This document shows, in pieces, positions 29,107 through 38,418 of a DNA stretch of 64,000 nucleotides; within the stretch, counting starts at the first letter, position 1, and each line of letters opens with the position of its first letter. The DNA comes from a virus (lineage: Duplodnaviria; Heunggongvirae; Uroviricota; Caudoviricetes): the IMG/VR virus record IMGVR_UViG_3300021255_000139, one strand, 5' to 3'. The position numbers and the translations under genes were made by a program. Under the pieces are notes generated by a model that did no database searches, was not told where the DNA came from, and saw only the letters and a program-made list of their open reading frames with translations.

Positions 29107-29727
29107 ATGAATATCGAGAAAATCAAAGATGCATTGAAAGTTTTTAGCTGTGAAGTTATCAGCCAGAATGAAAATGAAGCAGTTATCAAAGTATCGAAGA
29201 AAACCGTGAAACTGGCAGATATCCCGAATGGATCAACTTTTAAAGTCGGGAAATTCGAGTTTATTAAACTTGGAGATGCTGCAGACGGAGAAACAACAGC
29301 GGTTATTCTGAAAGAATTTGTAAAGAGGATGGAATTTGGCAAGCATAACAACTACGCCAAAAGTGATGTGCGTAAATATCTCAACAGTGATTTCCTGAAG
29401 GAACTTGAAAAAGAAGTTGGTGCAAACAATATATATGAACATAAGGTTGATTTGATTGCAAATGACGGTCTGAAGGATTATGGAAGTGTAAGAGATAAGG
29501 TTAGTCTGATCACAGCAGAAAATTACAGAAGATATCGTGAGTTTCTTCCGAATTATGGTGATTGGTGGTGGACTGCAACACCATATTCATGTGAATCCAA
29601 CGGTTATGCGTCCAACGTTTGTTACGTGTACTGCAGCGGTTCTTTGGGCGGGATCGACTGTGGCGATTCGGAGGGTGTGCGCCCGTTTTGCATCTTTTCA
29701 TCTTCAATCTTTGTATCTTGTGAATAA
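29107..29727 (+). CDS. DGR1 variable target protein (C-type-lectin-like VR at C-terminus)
   Basis: C-terminal codons 29602-29690 match TR1 except at TR adenines. Confidence 0.7.
   Translation: MNIEKIKDALKVFSCEVISQNENEAVIKVSKKTVKLADIPNGSTFKVGKFEFIKLGDAADGETTAVILKEFVKRMEFGKHNNYAKSDVRKYLNSDFLKELEKEVGANNIYEHKVDLIANDGLKDYGSVRDKVSLITAENYRRYREFLPNYGDWWWTATPYSCESNGYASNVCYVYCSGSLGGIDCGDSEGVRPFCIFSSSIFVSCE
29602..29690 (+). repeat. DGR1 variable repeat (VR1)
   Basis: about 80-90 nt copy of TR1; differences almost exclusively at TR A positions. Confidence 0.75.
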
Positions 29728-29748
29728 ATTAGAGAGTAGCCGAAGTCT

Positions 29749-30123
29749 ATGGACGATAATGAAAAACTAAAAATTGTCAATAAAGCTAAAGAGTTGTTCG
29801 ATTGCACTTTGACAAATACATCAAATAGAAAAAAGTTTCCAGCAAAATACAGAGTTCTTGTTGAAAGAATGCAAAATAAAAGTATAGACATTTATGACTG
29901 TATAATGGATGCGAATCGAAAAAGGCTATACATTCCAAAGGAGAAGATAGATAGAAATTCATTACAAACACAAGCTATTGCTGATTGTGACAAACTTAAT
30001 ATGTTTATTGAAACTGCAATGAATCACAATCTAATTTCTGCCGGATTGTGCGATGAATGGTCAAAGAAAGTAAAAGATGTTAAATACATGACGATTGCAT
30101 GGAGAACAAACGATAATAGCTAA
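29749..30123 (+). CDS. avd: Avd (accessory variability determinant)
   Basis: 124 aa helical basic protein between VR and TR; KFPAKYRVLVERMQNKSIDIYDCIMDANR resembles Avd family. Confidence 0.55.
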   Translation: MDDNEKLKIVNKAKELFDCTLTNTSNRKKFPAKYRVLVERMQNKSIDIYDCIMDANRKRLYIPKEKIDRNSLQTQAIADCDKLNMFIETAMNHNLISAGLCDEWSKKVKDVKYMTIAWRTNDNS

Positions 30124-30125
30124 CT

Positions 30126-30224
30126 CAGGTTATGTGTTGTAGCGTCCAACGTTTGTTACGTGTACAACAACGGTACTTTGAACAGGAACGACTGTGACTA
30201 TTCAAAGGGTGTGCGCCCGTTCTG
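30126..30224 (+). repeat. DGR1 template repeat (TR1)
   Basis: seen directly; AAC-rich; shared GC-rich 3' end GGGTGTGCGCCCGT (IMH-like). Confidence 0.75.
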
Positions 30225-31365
30225 GTGGATAGCGAGGGCGAGTAAGCAATATGCTGAAAGGAGAACAACATCATCAAAAGAACACATAACCTTTCCAAAT
30301 AAAAAGGATAAATACAAAGGTTTAAATAAAATATTGACAGACTTTCAAAAAGTCGTAGACTTCGGAAACTTATATAGAGCATATAAGAAAGCCAAAAAAG
30401 GTAAAAGAAATAAACGAAGTGTAGTAAAATTCGCCATTGTAGCACTTGAAGGTATTCATTTACTAAGAGAACTACTGACAAAGAGAACATATACAATTTC
30501 TTCATATGGCGAATTTACTATATTTGAACCAAAAGAAAGATTAGTAAAGTCTGGAGCATTTAAAGATAAAGTAGTTCAGCATTCATTGTGTGATAATGTC
30601 TTATTACCAACAATGGCAGAGTTATTTATAGAGAATAATTTCGCCGGACAAATAGGGAAAGGAACATTATTCGGACTGGATCATTTGAAGAACGATATGC
30701 TGCAATTCCATAAAGAACATGGAATGGACGGCTATATTCTAAAATGCGATATTACTAAATTCTTTTATACCATAGACCATGATGTATTGAAAAGTGTTGT
30801 CCGAAAATACTTTTCGGATGAAGGTATTATTTGGTTATGTGATCTATTTATAGATAGTACAGATGGAGTAGGAATACCACTTGGAAATCAAGTAAGTCAA
30901 GTATTCGCACTAATGTACTTAAATGAATTGGATCACATTATAACAGAAGAATTACATATAAAGTATTATGGAAGATATATGGATGACTTTTATTTAATAC
31001 ATGAAGATAAAGAATACTTGAAATATTGTCTGAATGTAATTCAAGAGCATATTCATAGTTTGAAATTAACATTGAATGGTAAAACACAGATTATGCCGTT
31101 CAAAAATGGCATCAAATTTCTTGGCTTTCATACATATGTGACACCAGAAGGAAAAGCAATACGGAAACTCAAAAATGAAAATAAGCGCATGATTAAAAAG
31201 CGTTTATTAAAACACAGCAAACTTGTTAAGGCTGGAAAGATGACAAAAGAGAAGTTCTTTGAATCATATGAATCGTGGAAAAATCACGCATCACATGGAA
31301 ACTGTATTAAGCTGATTTATCAAATGGATAAATATGTTGAAGAACTATTCAAGGAAACAAAATAA
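30160..31365 (+). CDS. DGR reverse transcriptase (RT1)
   Basis: RT motifs ILKCDITKFFYTIDH, IPLGNQVSQVFAL (DGR-type GxxxSQ), YGRYMDDFYLI; ORF-track N-terminus is translated TR, true start probably about 30250-30340. Confidence 0.8.
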   Translation: MYNNGTLNRNDCDYSKGVRPFWWIARASKQYAERRTTSSKEHITFPNKKDKYKGLNKILTDFQKVVDFGNLYRAYKKAKKGKRNKRSVVKFAIVALEGIHLLRELLTKRTYTISSYGEFTIFEPKERLVKSGAFKDKVVQHSLCDNVLLPTMAELFIENNFAGQIGKGTLFGLDHLKNDMLQFHKEHGMDGYILKCDITKFFYTIDHDVLKSVVRKYFSDEGIIWLCDLFIDSTDGVGIPLGNQVSQVFALMYLNELDHIITEELHIKYYGRYMDDFYLIHEDKEYLKYCLNVIQEHIHSLKLTLNGKTQIMPFKNGIKFLGFHTYVTPEGKAIRKLKNENKRMIKKRLLKHSKLVKAGKMTKEKFFESYESWKNHASHGNCIKLIYQMDKYVEELFKETK

Positions 31366-31401
31366 GTATTTTATCAACCAAAAGAAAGGAAGTGTTGTTA
31401 A

Positions 31402-31560
31402 TTGAACCCGGCATTTATCATACTTGTGATTATCATTTGTATCGCAGTGTGGTTTTTGGCATCGGCTCTTTACAAACCTATTGGAAAATTCGTAGGTAAA
31501 GTTGGAGAAGATGCTATCAAAGAATTAACAGATGAAGAAAAGGAGAACGAAGAAACATGA
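31402..31560 (+). CDS. small membrane protein (52 aa), not in ORF track
   Basis: TTG start, one TM helix, stop overlaps ATG of SPFH gene (ATGA). Confidence 0.3.
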   Translation: MNPAFIILVIIICIAVWFLASALYKPIGKFVGKVGEDAIKELTDEEKENEET

Positions 31561-32468
31561 AAAGAAGAGGTTTTGTAGGTGGTATCACACTTGCAATCAT
31601 TATTATTATAACTATTATTTTAATGATCTTTTGCACAACGAGAGTGCCAGCCGGATATGTTGCGGTTCAGTATAACATGAATGGCGGTGTCAAAGAAGAA
31701 GTTCTTTCACAGGGATTTCATGTTGTTCCACCGACAGTAAAGACAACACTCTACACAGTAGGGCTTGAACAGAGTTATCTTACATCGGATTCTCGTGGAG
31801 ATTCAGAAGATGACGAAAGTTTTTCTGCCAGTTCTTCCGAAGGTAAAGCAATTCAGATTGATCTTACATTTACATACCAGTATCAGCCAGAAAATGTAGT
31901 CGGAGTTTTTAACAGATTTAAAGGGCAGAGTGGAAAAGAAGTAAGAGATAGCTTTATTAAACCTAACATTATTTCATGGACAAAGGAAATTGTAGCAAAA
32001 TATAAGGTGTCGGATATTCTTGGAGCGGAAAGAGCAAATATCAATATTACTATGACAGATTATCTTTCTAAGAAATTTGAACCATATGGAATTACAATCA
32101 GCAATGTTTCTCTTATCAATGTTGAAGTAGATGAAGAAACCAGAGAAGCAATTAACGCAAAAATTACCGCACAGCAGAATGCAGAAACACAGAATATCAA
32201 TAATCAGACAGCTATTGACAAAGCTGCAGCAGATGCAGAAGTTGCACGTACAAACGCACAGGCAAAAGCAGATGCGAAAATGATTGAAGCTGAAGCAGAA
32301 GCAAATGCGAACAAACTTCTTGAACAGTCACTTACAGATAAGATTCTTAGACAGAGATATATTGAAAAATGGAATGGAGAACTGCCGAAGGTGTCTGGTG
32401 ACAACGCTATGATTCTTGACATGAATGATTTTGAAACTACTGAAACTACTGAAAATACGGACAAATAA
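31557..32468 (+). CDS. SPFH/band-7 (stomatin/prohibitin-like) membrane protein
   Basis: N-terminal TM then PAGYVAVQYNMNGG SPFH core and Ala/Glu-rich coiled coil. Confidence 0.65.
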   Translation: MKRRGFVGGITLAIIIIITIILMIFCTTRVPAGYVAVQYNMNGGVKEEVLSQGFHVVPPTVKTTLYTVGLEQSYLTSDSRGDSEDDESFSASSSEGKAIQIDLTFTYQYQPENVVGVFNRFKGQSGKEVRDSFIKPNIISWTKEIVAKYKVSDILGAERANINITMTDYLSKKFEPYGITISNVSLINVEVDEETREAINAKITAQQNAETQNINNQTAIDKAAADAEVARTNAQAKADAKMIEAEAEANANKLLEQSLTDKILRQRYIEKWNGELPKVSGDNAMILDMNDFETTETTENTDK

Positions 32469-32490
32469 TAAATGAATAAATATCAGATAA

Positions 32491-32518
32491 CTTGTTTATA
32501 ACATATGTTATAGACAAG
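32491..32518 (+). promoter_or_regulatory. 28-bp near-perfect palindrome CTTGTTTATAACATATGTTATAGACAAG
   Basis: seen directly; 20 nt upstream of MTase start. Confidence 0.35.
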
Positions 32519-32539
32519 TTGTCTGTATGAGGACAGAAA

Positions 32540-33298
32540 TTGGAATTAAACAAAATATACAGAGGCGATTGCTTAGAAGTAATGAAGCAGTTGCCAGACG
32601 ATTCAGTTGATATGATCCTGACTGATTTGCCGTATTCTCGCACCAAAAATCATTGGGATGTGATCATACCTCTTGAACCTATGTGGGAACAATATCTTAG
32701 GATTGCAAAAGAAAATGCTTGCATTGCTTTATTTGCAGATGGAATGTTCATGGCTGATCTGATGAAAAGTCAAGAATCAATTTGGAAATATAATCTTGTA
32801 TGGGATAAGGTTTTGACTTCTGGATTCTTGAATGCCAACAGAATGCCACTTAAAGCGCATGAAGAAATCTGTATCTTTTACAGAAAGCCACCTGTTTATA
32901 ATCCGCAGAAAGTGCCGGGAAACCGCAACCACAGCAAAGGTAGTAAGAAGGTTAATAAGAATCATAACTACGGAGACTATGGTTTTGTGGATAATCATGA
33001 AACGCTTGGAGAGATGAAACATCCGACAAGTATTTTAAGATTTCAAAAGCCACACCCGTCTAAATCCTTGCATCCAACAGAAAAATCAGTTGAATTATGT
33101 GAATGGTTAATCAAAACTTACACAAATCCGAGGGGGATTGTCCTCGATAGCTGCATTGGATCAGGAACTACTTGTTTGGCTGCAATTAAGAACGACAGAT
33201 ACTATATTGGAATCGACTTAGAAGAACAATATTGCAGAGTTGCGGAAAACAGAATCAGAGAATATCTGGCTGAAAAAGAATCTATAGAGGTGGAATAA
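32540..33298 (+). CDS. beta-class amino (N6A/N4C) DNA methyltransferase
   Basis: YRGDCLEVMKQLPDDSVDMILTDLPY (DPPY-type) then VLDSCIGSGTT (motif I); TTG start with GAGGA RBS. Confidence 0.8.
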   Translation: MELNKIYRGDCLEVMKQLPDDSVDMILTDLPYSRTKNHWDVIIPLEPMWEQYLRIAKENACIALFADGMFMADLMKSQESIWKYNLVWDKVLTSGFLNANRMPLKAHEEICIFYRKPPVYNPQKVPGNRNHSKGSKKVNKNHNYGDYGFVDNHETLGEMKHPTSILRFQKPHPSKSLHPTEKSVELCEWLIKTYTNPRGIVLDSCIGSGTTCLAAIKNDRYYIGIDLEEQYCRVAENRIREYLAEKESIEVE

Positions 33299-33601
33299 AT
33301 GGAGAGAAGAAATCCGGGAGAGTACACAACATACGAAACAAGAGCGTTAGCTAATGAGTCGGTTGATCGTAGAATGAGATATGAACAAGTTCTTGAATGT
33401 TTAAGAGATAAGCCTATGACTGCAAAAGAAGTTGCAGTTGAGATGATGAACAAAGGTTATATCCCAACATCAGAACGAAATTTTACCGCACCACGATTGA
33501 CTGAACTTTCGCAGAGAGGATTAGTCGAACCGATTGGAAAAACGCAGTGTCAGTATACCGGGAAAACAGTCGCAGTTTACGCACTAAGGAGCGCATCATG
33601 A
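33299..33601 (+). CDS. winged-helix DNA-binding protein
   Basis: MTAKEVAVEM...LTELSQRGLVEPIG wHTH-like. Confidence 0.35.
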   Translation: MERRNPGEYTTYETRALANESVDRRMRYEQVLECLRDKPMTAKEVAVEMMNKGYIPTSERNFTAPRLTELSQRGLVEPIGKTQCQYTGKTVAVYALRSAS

Positions 33602-34194
33602 GCAACTTTTACATAGCAGATTTACACCTATTCCATGAAAACGTTTTGAAGGATGGACGATTTCACGAACGACCATTTGAAACACTTGAAGAAATGCACA
33701 AAGTTATTGTGAATAATTGGAATGAAGTTATAACAAATGGAGATATGGTTTATCTTTTGGGTGACGTTGCGCATAAAGGTAATCCATTAGAAGTAGCCAG
33801 TTTATTGGCTCATTTAAAGGGTCAAATTGTTCTGATAAAGGGTAATCATGATAAAGTTCAGGATCAGAGATTGAGAAAGCAGTTTGTCGAAGTTTTAGAT
33901 TATAAGGAAATTGTTGATAACATTGATGGGAAAGCTGTTCCTGTCGTATTGTCGCACTATCCTATATTCTCATGGAAAGGACAGTTCAGAGGTGCGGTAC
34001 ATCTTTACGGTCACGTTCACGATAATGATGATGATATACTTTATCAAAATGCAATAAAGACAGCAGATGACTACTTTAAGAAAAGGGACGGAGAAAGACA
34101 TAAACCATTCATGGCTTTTAATGTTGGATGTATGAAAGATTATATGAATTATAAACCGAGAACATTGAAAGAAATAATTGCTGCAAACGCTTGA
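33598..34194 (+). CDS. calcineurin-like metallophosphoesterase
   Basis: DLHLFH, GDVAHKG, GNHD, GHVH metal-ligand motifs; ATG 33598 after AAGGAG. Confidence 0.65.
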   Translation: MSNFYIADLHLFHENVLKDGRFHERPFETLEEMHKVIVNNWNEVITNGDMVYLLGDVAHKGNPLEVASLLAHLKGQIVLIKGNHDKVQDQRLRKQFVEVLDYKEIVDNIDGKAVPVVLSHYPIFSWKGQFRGAVHLYGHVHDNDDDILYQNAIKTADDYFKKRDGERHKPFMAFNVGCMKDYMNYKPRTLKEIIAANA

Positions 34195-34238
34195 CAAATA
34201 GATAAAATGTGGTACAATAAGAACGAATAAATAAATAC

Positions 34239-35573
34239 ATGGGAGATGATATGTATACACTAATGAATTGGAATCCAGTATATAATTTTGTGTTTATGAT
34301 TAAACATGAATATCAGAAGAAAATAGGACAGCCAGAATACAAAAAGTATGAAGTTGACGGAAAAGAGATTACTTGTCTGGAGTATTGGATTCTCGCACTC
34401 AATAACAAAGATTATACAGATAGGATCAAGTATCTGGAAATCAACCAAAATAAAGAATTGTTGTTGGTGCGATATGCTAAGTATTCAGATGTTCTTAGCG
34501 GTGAAGAAGAGATTATACTTGATGATATTTGGGATATGTACGATGGTTTCTATCTCGAATGCCGGAGTGTGGTTTTTGATTTGAAGTCAGAAGAAATTGT
34601 GATTGCTCCGTTTAAAAAATTCCGCAACCTAAACGAATGTCCTGAAAATTCACTCGAAAACGTGACAAAAGAAATCAATAGTGCGAAGAATGTTGAAGTG
34701 TCAAATAAACTTGATGGCTCTATGCAGTGCGCACGTTGGTACAGAAATCACGTTGTTATGTCTGGAAGTCAGGCGATTGATCCGGCTATGTCGTGGAGAT
34801 TGCAAGACGGTCTAAGAATGCTGAACGAAAATCCAAGCTACACAGAAATGCTCCGATTCTTCCCGAATACAACATTCATTTTTGAATACATTTCATTAGC
34901 CGATGCTCATGTAGTTAAATATTCAAAAGAAGAAGAAGGTTTATATCTGGTTGGAATGAGAGATGTTTGTACTGGATTTCAACATTCATACAAAGCTGTG
35001 CTTGCAGTTGCTAAAAGATATGGAATTAAATGTACGAGTGTTTTCGACAAAACACTTGACGAAGTTCTTGAAGATGTCAAACAAATAAAGTCGGAAGATC
35101 AAGAAGGATTTGTTCTCAATATTATTTATGAAGATGGTTCTTCCCGGCTTATCAAAATCAAGGGCGATGATTATGTTCATATTCATAAGATTCTCTCAAA
35201 ATTATCCTCGATCAATCTTATTATAAAAGCGATTGCGGACGGAAATGTTGACGATTTGAAAGCAAAAATTCCAGCAGCTTATAAGAACAGAGTAACGGTG
35301 TTGGAGAAAATCGCACGAGATTTCGTCAAAAAACAGGAACATACAGTAAACGAATATTATTTCTATTCACCAAAATCAGACAAGAAAACCTTTATGATTT
35401 GGGTGGAAAAGAATGTTCCAAAGGAATATAAATCTTACGTGAGAAACTGTTATCTTGGAATTAAGAATAATTATTTGAAGTCTCACGCTGAAACCAAGAA
35501 TCCCAGATACATTAAATTGGTAGAAATGGGAGTAAAACGAGAAGATTATACAACAATCTTTTCAGAGGAGTAG
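34239..35573 (+). CDS. RNA ligase-like nucleotidyltransferase
   Basis: covalent nucleotidyltransferase motif I SNKLDGSMQ (KxDG). Confidence 0.5.
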   Translation: MGDDMYTLMNWNPVYNFVFMIKHEYQKKIGQPEYKKYEVDGKEITCLEYWILALNNKDYTDRIKYLEINQNKELLLVRYAKYSDVLSGEEEIILDDIWDMYDGFYLECRSVVFDLKSEEIVIAPFKKFRNLNECPENSLENVTKEINSAKNVEVSNKLDGSMQCARWYRNHVVMSGSQAIDPAMSWRLQDGLRMLNENPSYTEMLRFFPNTTFIFEYISLADAHVVKYSKEEEGLYLVGMRDVCTGFQHSYKAVLAVAKRYGIKCTSVFDKTLDEVLEDVKQIKSEDQEGFVLNIIYEDGSSRLIKIKGDDYVHIHKILSKLSSINLIIKAIADGNVDDLKAKIPAAYKNRVTVLEKIARDFVKKQEHTVNEYYFYSPKSDKKTFMIWVEKNVPKEYKSYVRNCYLGIKNNYLKSHAETKNPRYIKLVEMGVKREDYTTIFSEE

Positions 35574-36521
35574 TTGTTAATGCAAAAGTTTATTATGATG
35601 TGTGGACTTCCCGGTAGTGGAAAATCTACATACGCAAAGAAACATTTTGTCGGAGAAAATGTAGCATATCTTTCGTCTGACGAATTAAGAGAGGAACTTC
35701 TTGGTGATGAAAATAATCAGGAAGAGAACGGAAAAGTATTTGAAGAAATGGAAAGACGCACTATTTCAGCTTTAAAAGCCGGGAAAAGTGTTGTATACGA
35801 TGCTTGTAATACAAGCTATAAGAAACGGTCACACCTTATCAAACAGATAAATAGATACGGAATACAAAAGATTTGTGTTGTGGTTTATGCTGATTTAGCC
35901 GACTGTATTTCGAGAAATCTCAATAGAGAAAGAAAAGTTCCAAAAGAAGCAATCGAAAAAATGCTCAAAGGCTTTTATTTTCCGCAGTATTTTGAAGGTT
36001 GGGATGAAATCAAGATTGCCGGAACAATCCATACTGGTGAAGCCACCGAGATGCTTAACGAGTTGTTCTTTGGTAAAGATGGTTTGATTTATCAGGATCA
36101 TGATAATCCGCACCACAAACTTTCGATTGGTTATCACTGTTTGATGTGCTATGCTAGTGCTTTATTCTTGGGCGGTGATGAAAATCTGCAGTTAGCTGCA
36201 TTATTCCATGATATTGGAAAGCCGTTCACGAAGGGATTTAAAGATAGTAAAGGAAACGAAAGCGAAGAAGCCCACTATTACCAGCACCATTTAGTTTCTG
36301 GATATTTTGCAGTTCCTTATCTATATAGTGCAGATGCCGTTCAGAAAGACGATTTAAAAGATATTCTTGAAATTCTCGCACTGATTGATTACCATATGCA
36401 TCCTTATTTTTGGGAGAAAGATGATAATAATAAGATGAAAGAAAAGTATCATAATTTATGGGGTGATGATCTGTACAACAAAATTCTTTTACTTCATGAA
36501 TGTGATGAAAGGGCGCACTAA
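35574..36521 (+). CDS. polynucleotide kinase (P-loop) fused to HD phosphohydrolase (Pnkp-like)
   Basis: CGLPGSGKST Walker A at N-terminus; LAALFHDIGKPF HD motif in C-half. Confidence 0.65.
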   Translation: MLMQKFIMMCGLPGSGKSTYAKKHFVGENVAYLSSDELREELLGDENNQEENGKVFEEMERRTISALKAGKSVVYDACNTSYKKRSHLIKQINRYGIQKICVVVYADLADCISRNLNRERKVPKEAIEKMLKGFYFPQYFEGWDEIKIAGTIHTGEATEMLNELFFGKDGLIYQDHDNPHHKLSIGYHCLMCYASALFLGGDENLQLAALFHDIGKPFTKGFKDSKGNESEEAHYYQHHLVSGYFAVPYLYSADAVQKDDLKDILEILALIDYHMHPYFWEKDDNNKMKEKYHNLWGDDLYNKILLLHECDERAH

Positions 36522-37105
36522 TGTTTACAATGACAGAAGATTTTGCCAAAGAATTGCTCAAACAAGATGATGGAAACCATTCTCTTTTGTTCCATTATTT
36601 TAAAAAGTGGATAGACTCACATCATATGGACGAATATGAAAGATTCGGTTTGGAAGAAATGATGTTCTTTGAACGTGATTATCTTCTATATTATCTTGAC
36701 ATTATGAAGCGAAAAATCTCACGAAGAAAAATTGTAGACATTGGATGTCAGCATGGTTTCCAGCAAGTCATTTTCTCGGACTTTGAATACATTGGAATTG
36801 ATATTTCAAAATGCCGGACAATGTGGGATTATGGCACATATATTCTTGGCAAAGACTTTACTGAGTTAGATATTGATTTATCTGATTCAATACTAATATC
36901 AAATATGTCTCTTGGATATTTCAATAACTGGATCAACAAAACAGATAAAGAAATAGCGAAAAAATTGAGTAAATGTGATTATCTCTATATTGCAACTACG
37001 GATGATTTGCTTGAAGAACTGAAACCATATTACACAGAAACAACACTAATTGAAGATCATTTTATATTAGGTGAACATTTTAGGAGAGTATTTTTTGGAA
37101 GATAA
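36521..37105 (+). CDS. hypothetical protein
   Basis: ORF. Confidence 0.35.
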   Translation: MFTMTEDFAKELLKQDDGNHSLLFHYFKKWIDSHHMDEYERFGLEEMMFFERDYLLYYLDIMKRKISRRKIVDIGCQHGFQQVIFSDFEYIGIDISKCRTMWDYGTYILGKDFTELDIDLSDSILISNMSLGYFNNWINKTDKEIAKKLSKCDYLYIATTDDLLEELKPYYTETTLIEDHFILGEHFRRVFFGR

Positions 37106-37337
37106 AATTGAAGTTCTGGTTGCGGATTTGCAGCCAAAAGAAAATGAATGGATTGTTGTTAAATATAATCCGTATGAAATATCGGTATCGACAATTAAAA
37201 ACTATATGGATTATTTAGGCAAGAAATTCGGAGAACACGTAATAGCAGTTCCCAATGATTTAGAAATCATGAAGGGAGACAAAGACAAGTATATTAAAGC
37301 CTTTGAAAATATTTTGGAATGGTTAAAGAATGAGTGA
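37071..37337 (+). CDS. hypothetical protein
   Basis: ORF. Confidence 0.3.
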   Translation: MNILGEYFLEDKIEVLVADLQPKENEWIVVKYNPYEISVSTIKNYMDYLGKKFGEHVIAVPNDLEIMKGDKDKYIKAFENILEWLKNE

Positions 37338-37935
37338 TTGGATCGGCAACAGAAAAAGTGTTTATACCACTCTTGGAGCAAGCAGTCATTCTGAAAAAGA
37401 AAGAGAAATGAACGATTACTATGCTACTGATCCGTATGCGATAGACGTTTTAATCAATGACGGGGGGGCAAATCTTGCACCTAACATTTGGGAAGTAAGC
37501 TGCGGAGAAGGTCATTTATCAAAACGACTTGAAGAATATGGATATAATGTTAAATCGACTGATTTGATTTATCGTGGATATGGGGTCGGAGGAATTGATT
37601 TTCTCACTTGTAACGATAAGTTTGATGGCGATATTTTAACAAATCCACCTTATAAATTTGCACAAGAATTTGTAGAACATTCACTTGAGTTAATCCCAGA
37701 CGGAAGAAAAGTATTTATGTTTCTCAAACTTACTTTCTTAGAAGGGAAAAAGAGAAGAAAACTTTTTGATCTTAGATGTTTTAAAACTCTGTACGTTTCT
37801 ACAAAACGGATTCTTTGTGCAAAAAATGGAGATTTTGAAGGAATGAAAGCCGGAGGTGGCAGTGCTGTAGCTTATGGGTGGTATGAATTTGAAAAAGGAT
37901 ATTGTGGGAATCCGATGATTAAATGGATAAATTGA
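37330..37935 (+). CDS. gamma-class N6-adenine DNA methyltransferase
   Basis: motif I-like IWEVSCGEGHL upstream of NPPY (ILTNPPYKF). Confidence 0.65.
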   Translation: MSDWIGNRKSVYTTLGASSHSEKEREMNDYYATDPYAIDVLINDGGANLAPNIWEVSCGEGHLSKRLEEYGYNVKSTDLIYRGYGVGGIDFLTCNDKFDGDILTNPPYKFAQEFVEHSLELIPDGRKVFMFLKLTFLEGKKRRKLFDLRCFKTLYVSTKRILCAKNGDFEGMKAGGGSAVAYGWYEFEKGYCGNPMIKWIN

Positions 37936-37936
37936 A

Positions 37937-38167
37937 ATGAGTTTAGTACCTATTGGAAAAGATACATATGTAGATACGGATGATTTAGATAACCAAGAAT
38001 ACCACTATTATTGTAAAGCAGAGAATTTAGAAGAGTCACTACCTTACAATGATGAAAATTATCAAACTGTCAACAAGTATCGTTTGTTAAAATATTCAAT
38101 ACTTTGCGGTCGATTATCTGCATATGAAATAGAAACAAACCCAAAATATGAGTGGTTCAGAGACTAA
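37937..38167 (+). CDS. hypothetical protein
   Basis: ORF. Confidence 0.3.
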   Translation: MSLVPIGKDTYVDTDDLDNQEYHYYCKAENLEESLPYNDENYQTVNKYRLLKYSILCGRLSAYEIETNPKYEWFRD

Positions 38168-38211
38168 TTATGTGAATAAAATTCAGGTTTTATTCACAAA
38201 TAAATAAAGAT

Positions 38212-38418
38212 ATGAATAGAACAATAACAGAAATGCACATCTTTCTTGATGAATTATTTGAAGCGTGGAAACGGAAACCAATGTTGAGATTTGGTCAATT
38301 AGTTGTTGATGTTCTTGGCGTTGATCCTTTCTATATCGAAGATAATGAAGCAAGAAAGAAATTCAGAGAATTTGGAGTAGACAATGTTAGCAGCCATAAA
38401 CCTAAAACAGATGTTTAA
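38212..38418 (+). CDS. hypothetical protein
   Basis: ORF. Confidence 0.3.
   Translation: MNRTITEMHIFLDELFEAWKRKPMLRFGQLVVDVLGVDPFYIEDNEARKKFREFGVDNVSSHKPKTDV

Noticed and set aside
30160-30250. N-terminal about 30 codons of the RT1 ORF as given in the ORF track
   Set aside because: They are a translation of TR1 (MYNNGTLNRNDCDYSKGVRPF mirrors the VR peptide). The real RT start is probably downstream near the AGGAGA at about 30262, though no canonical ATG is in frame there.
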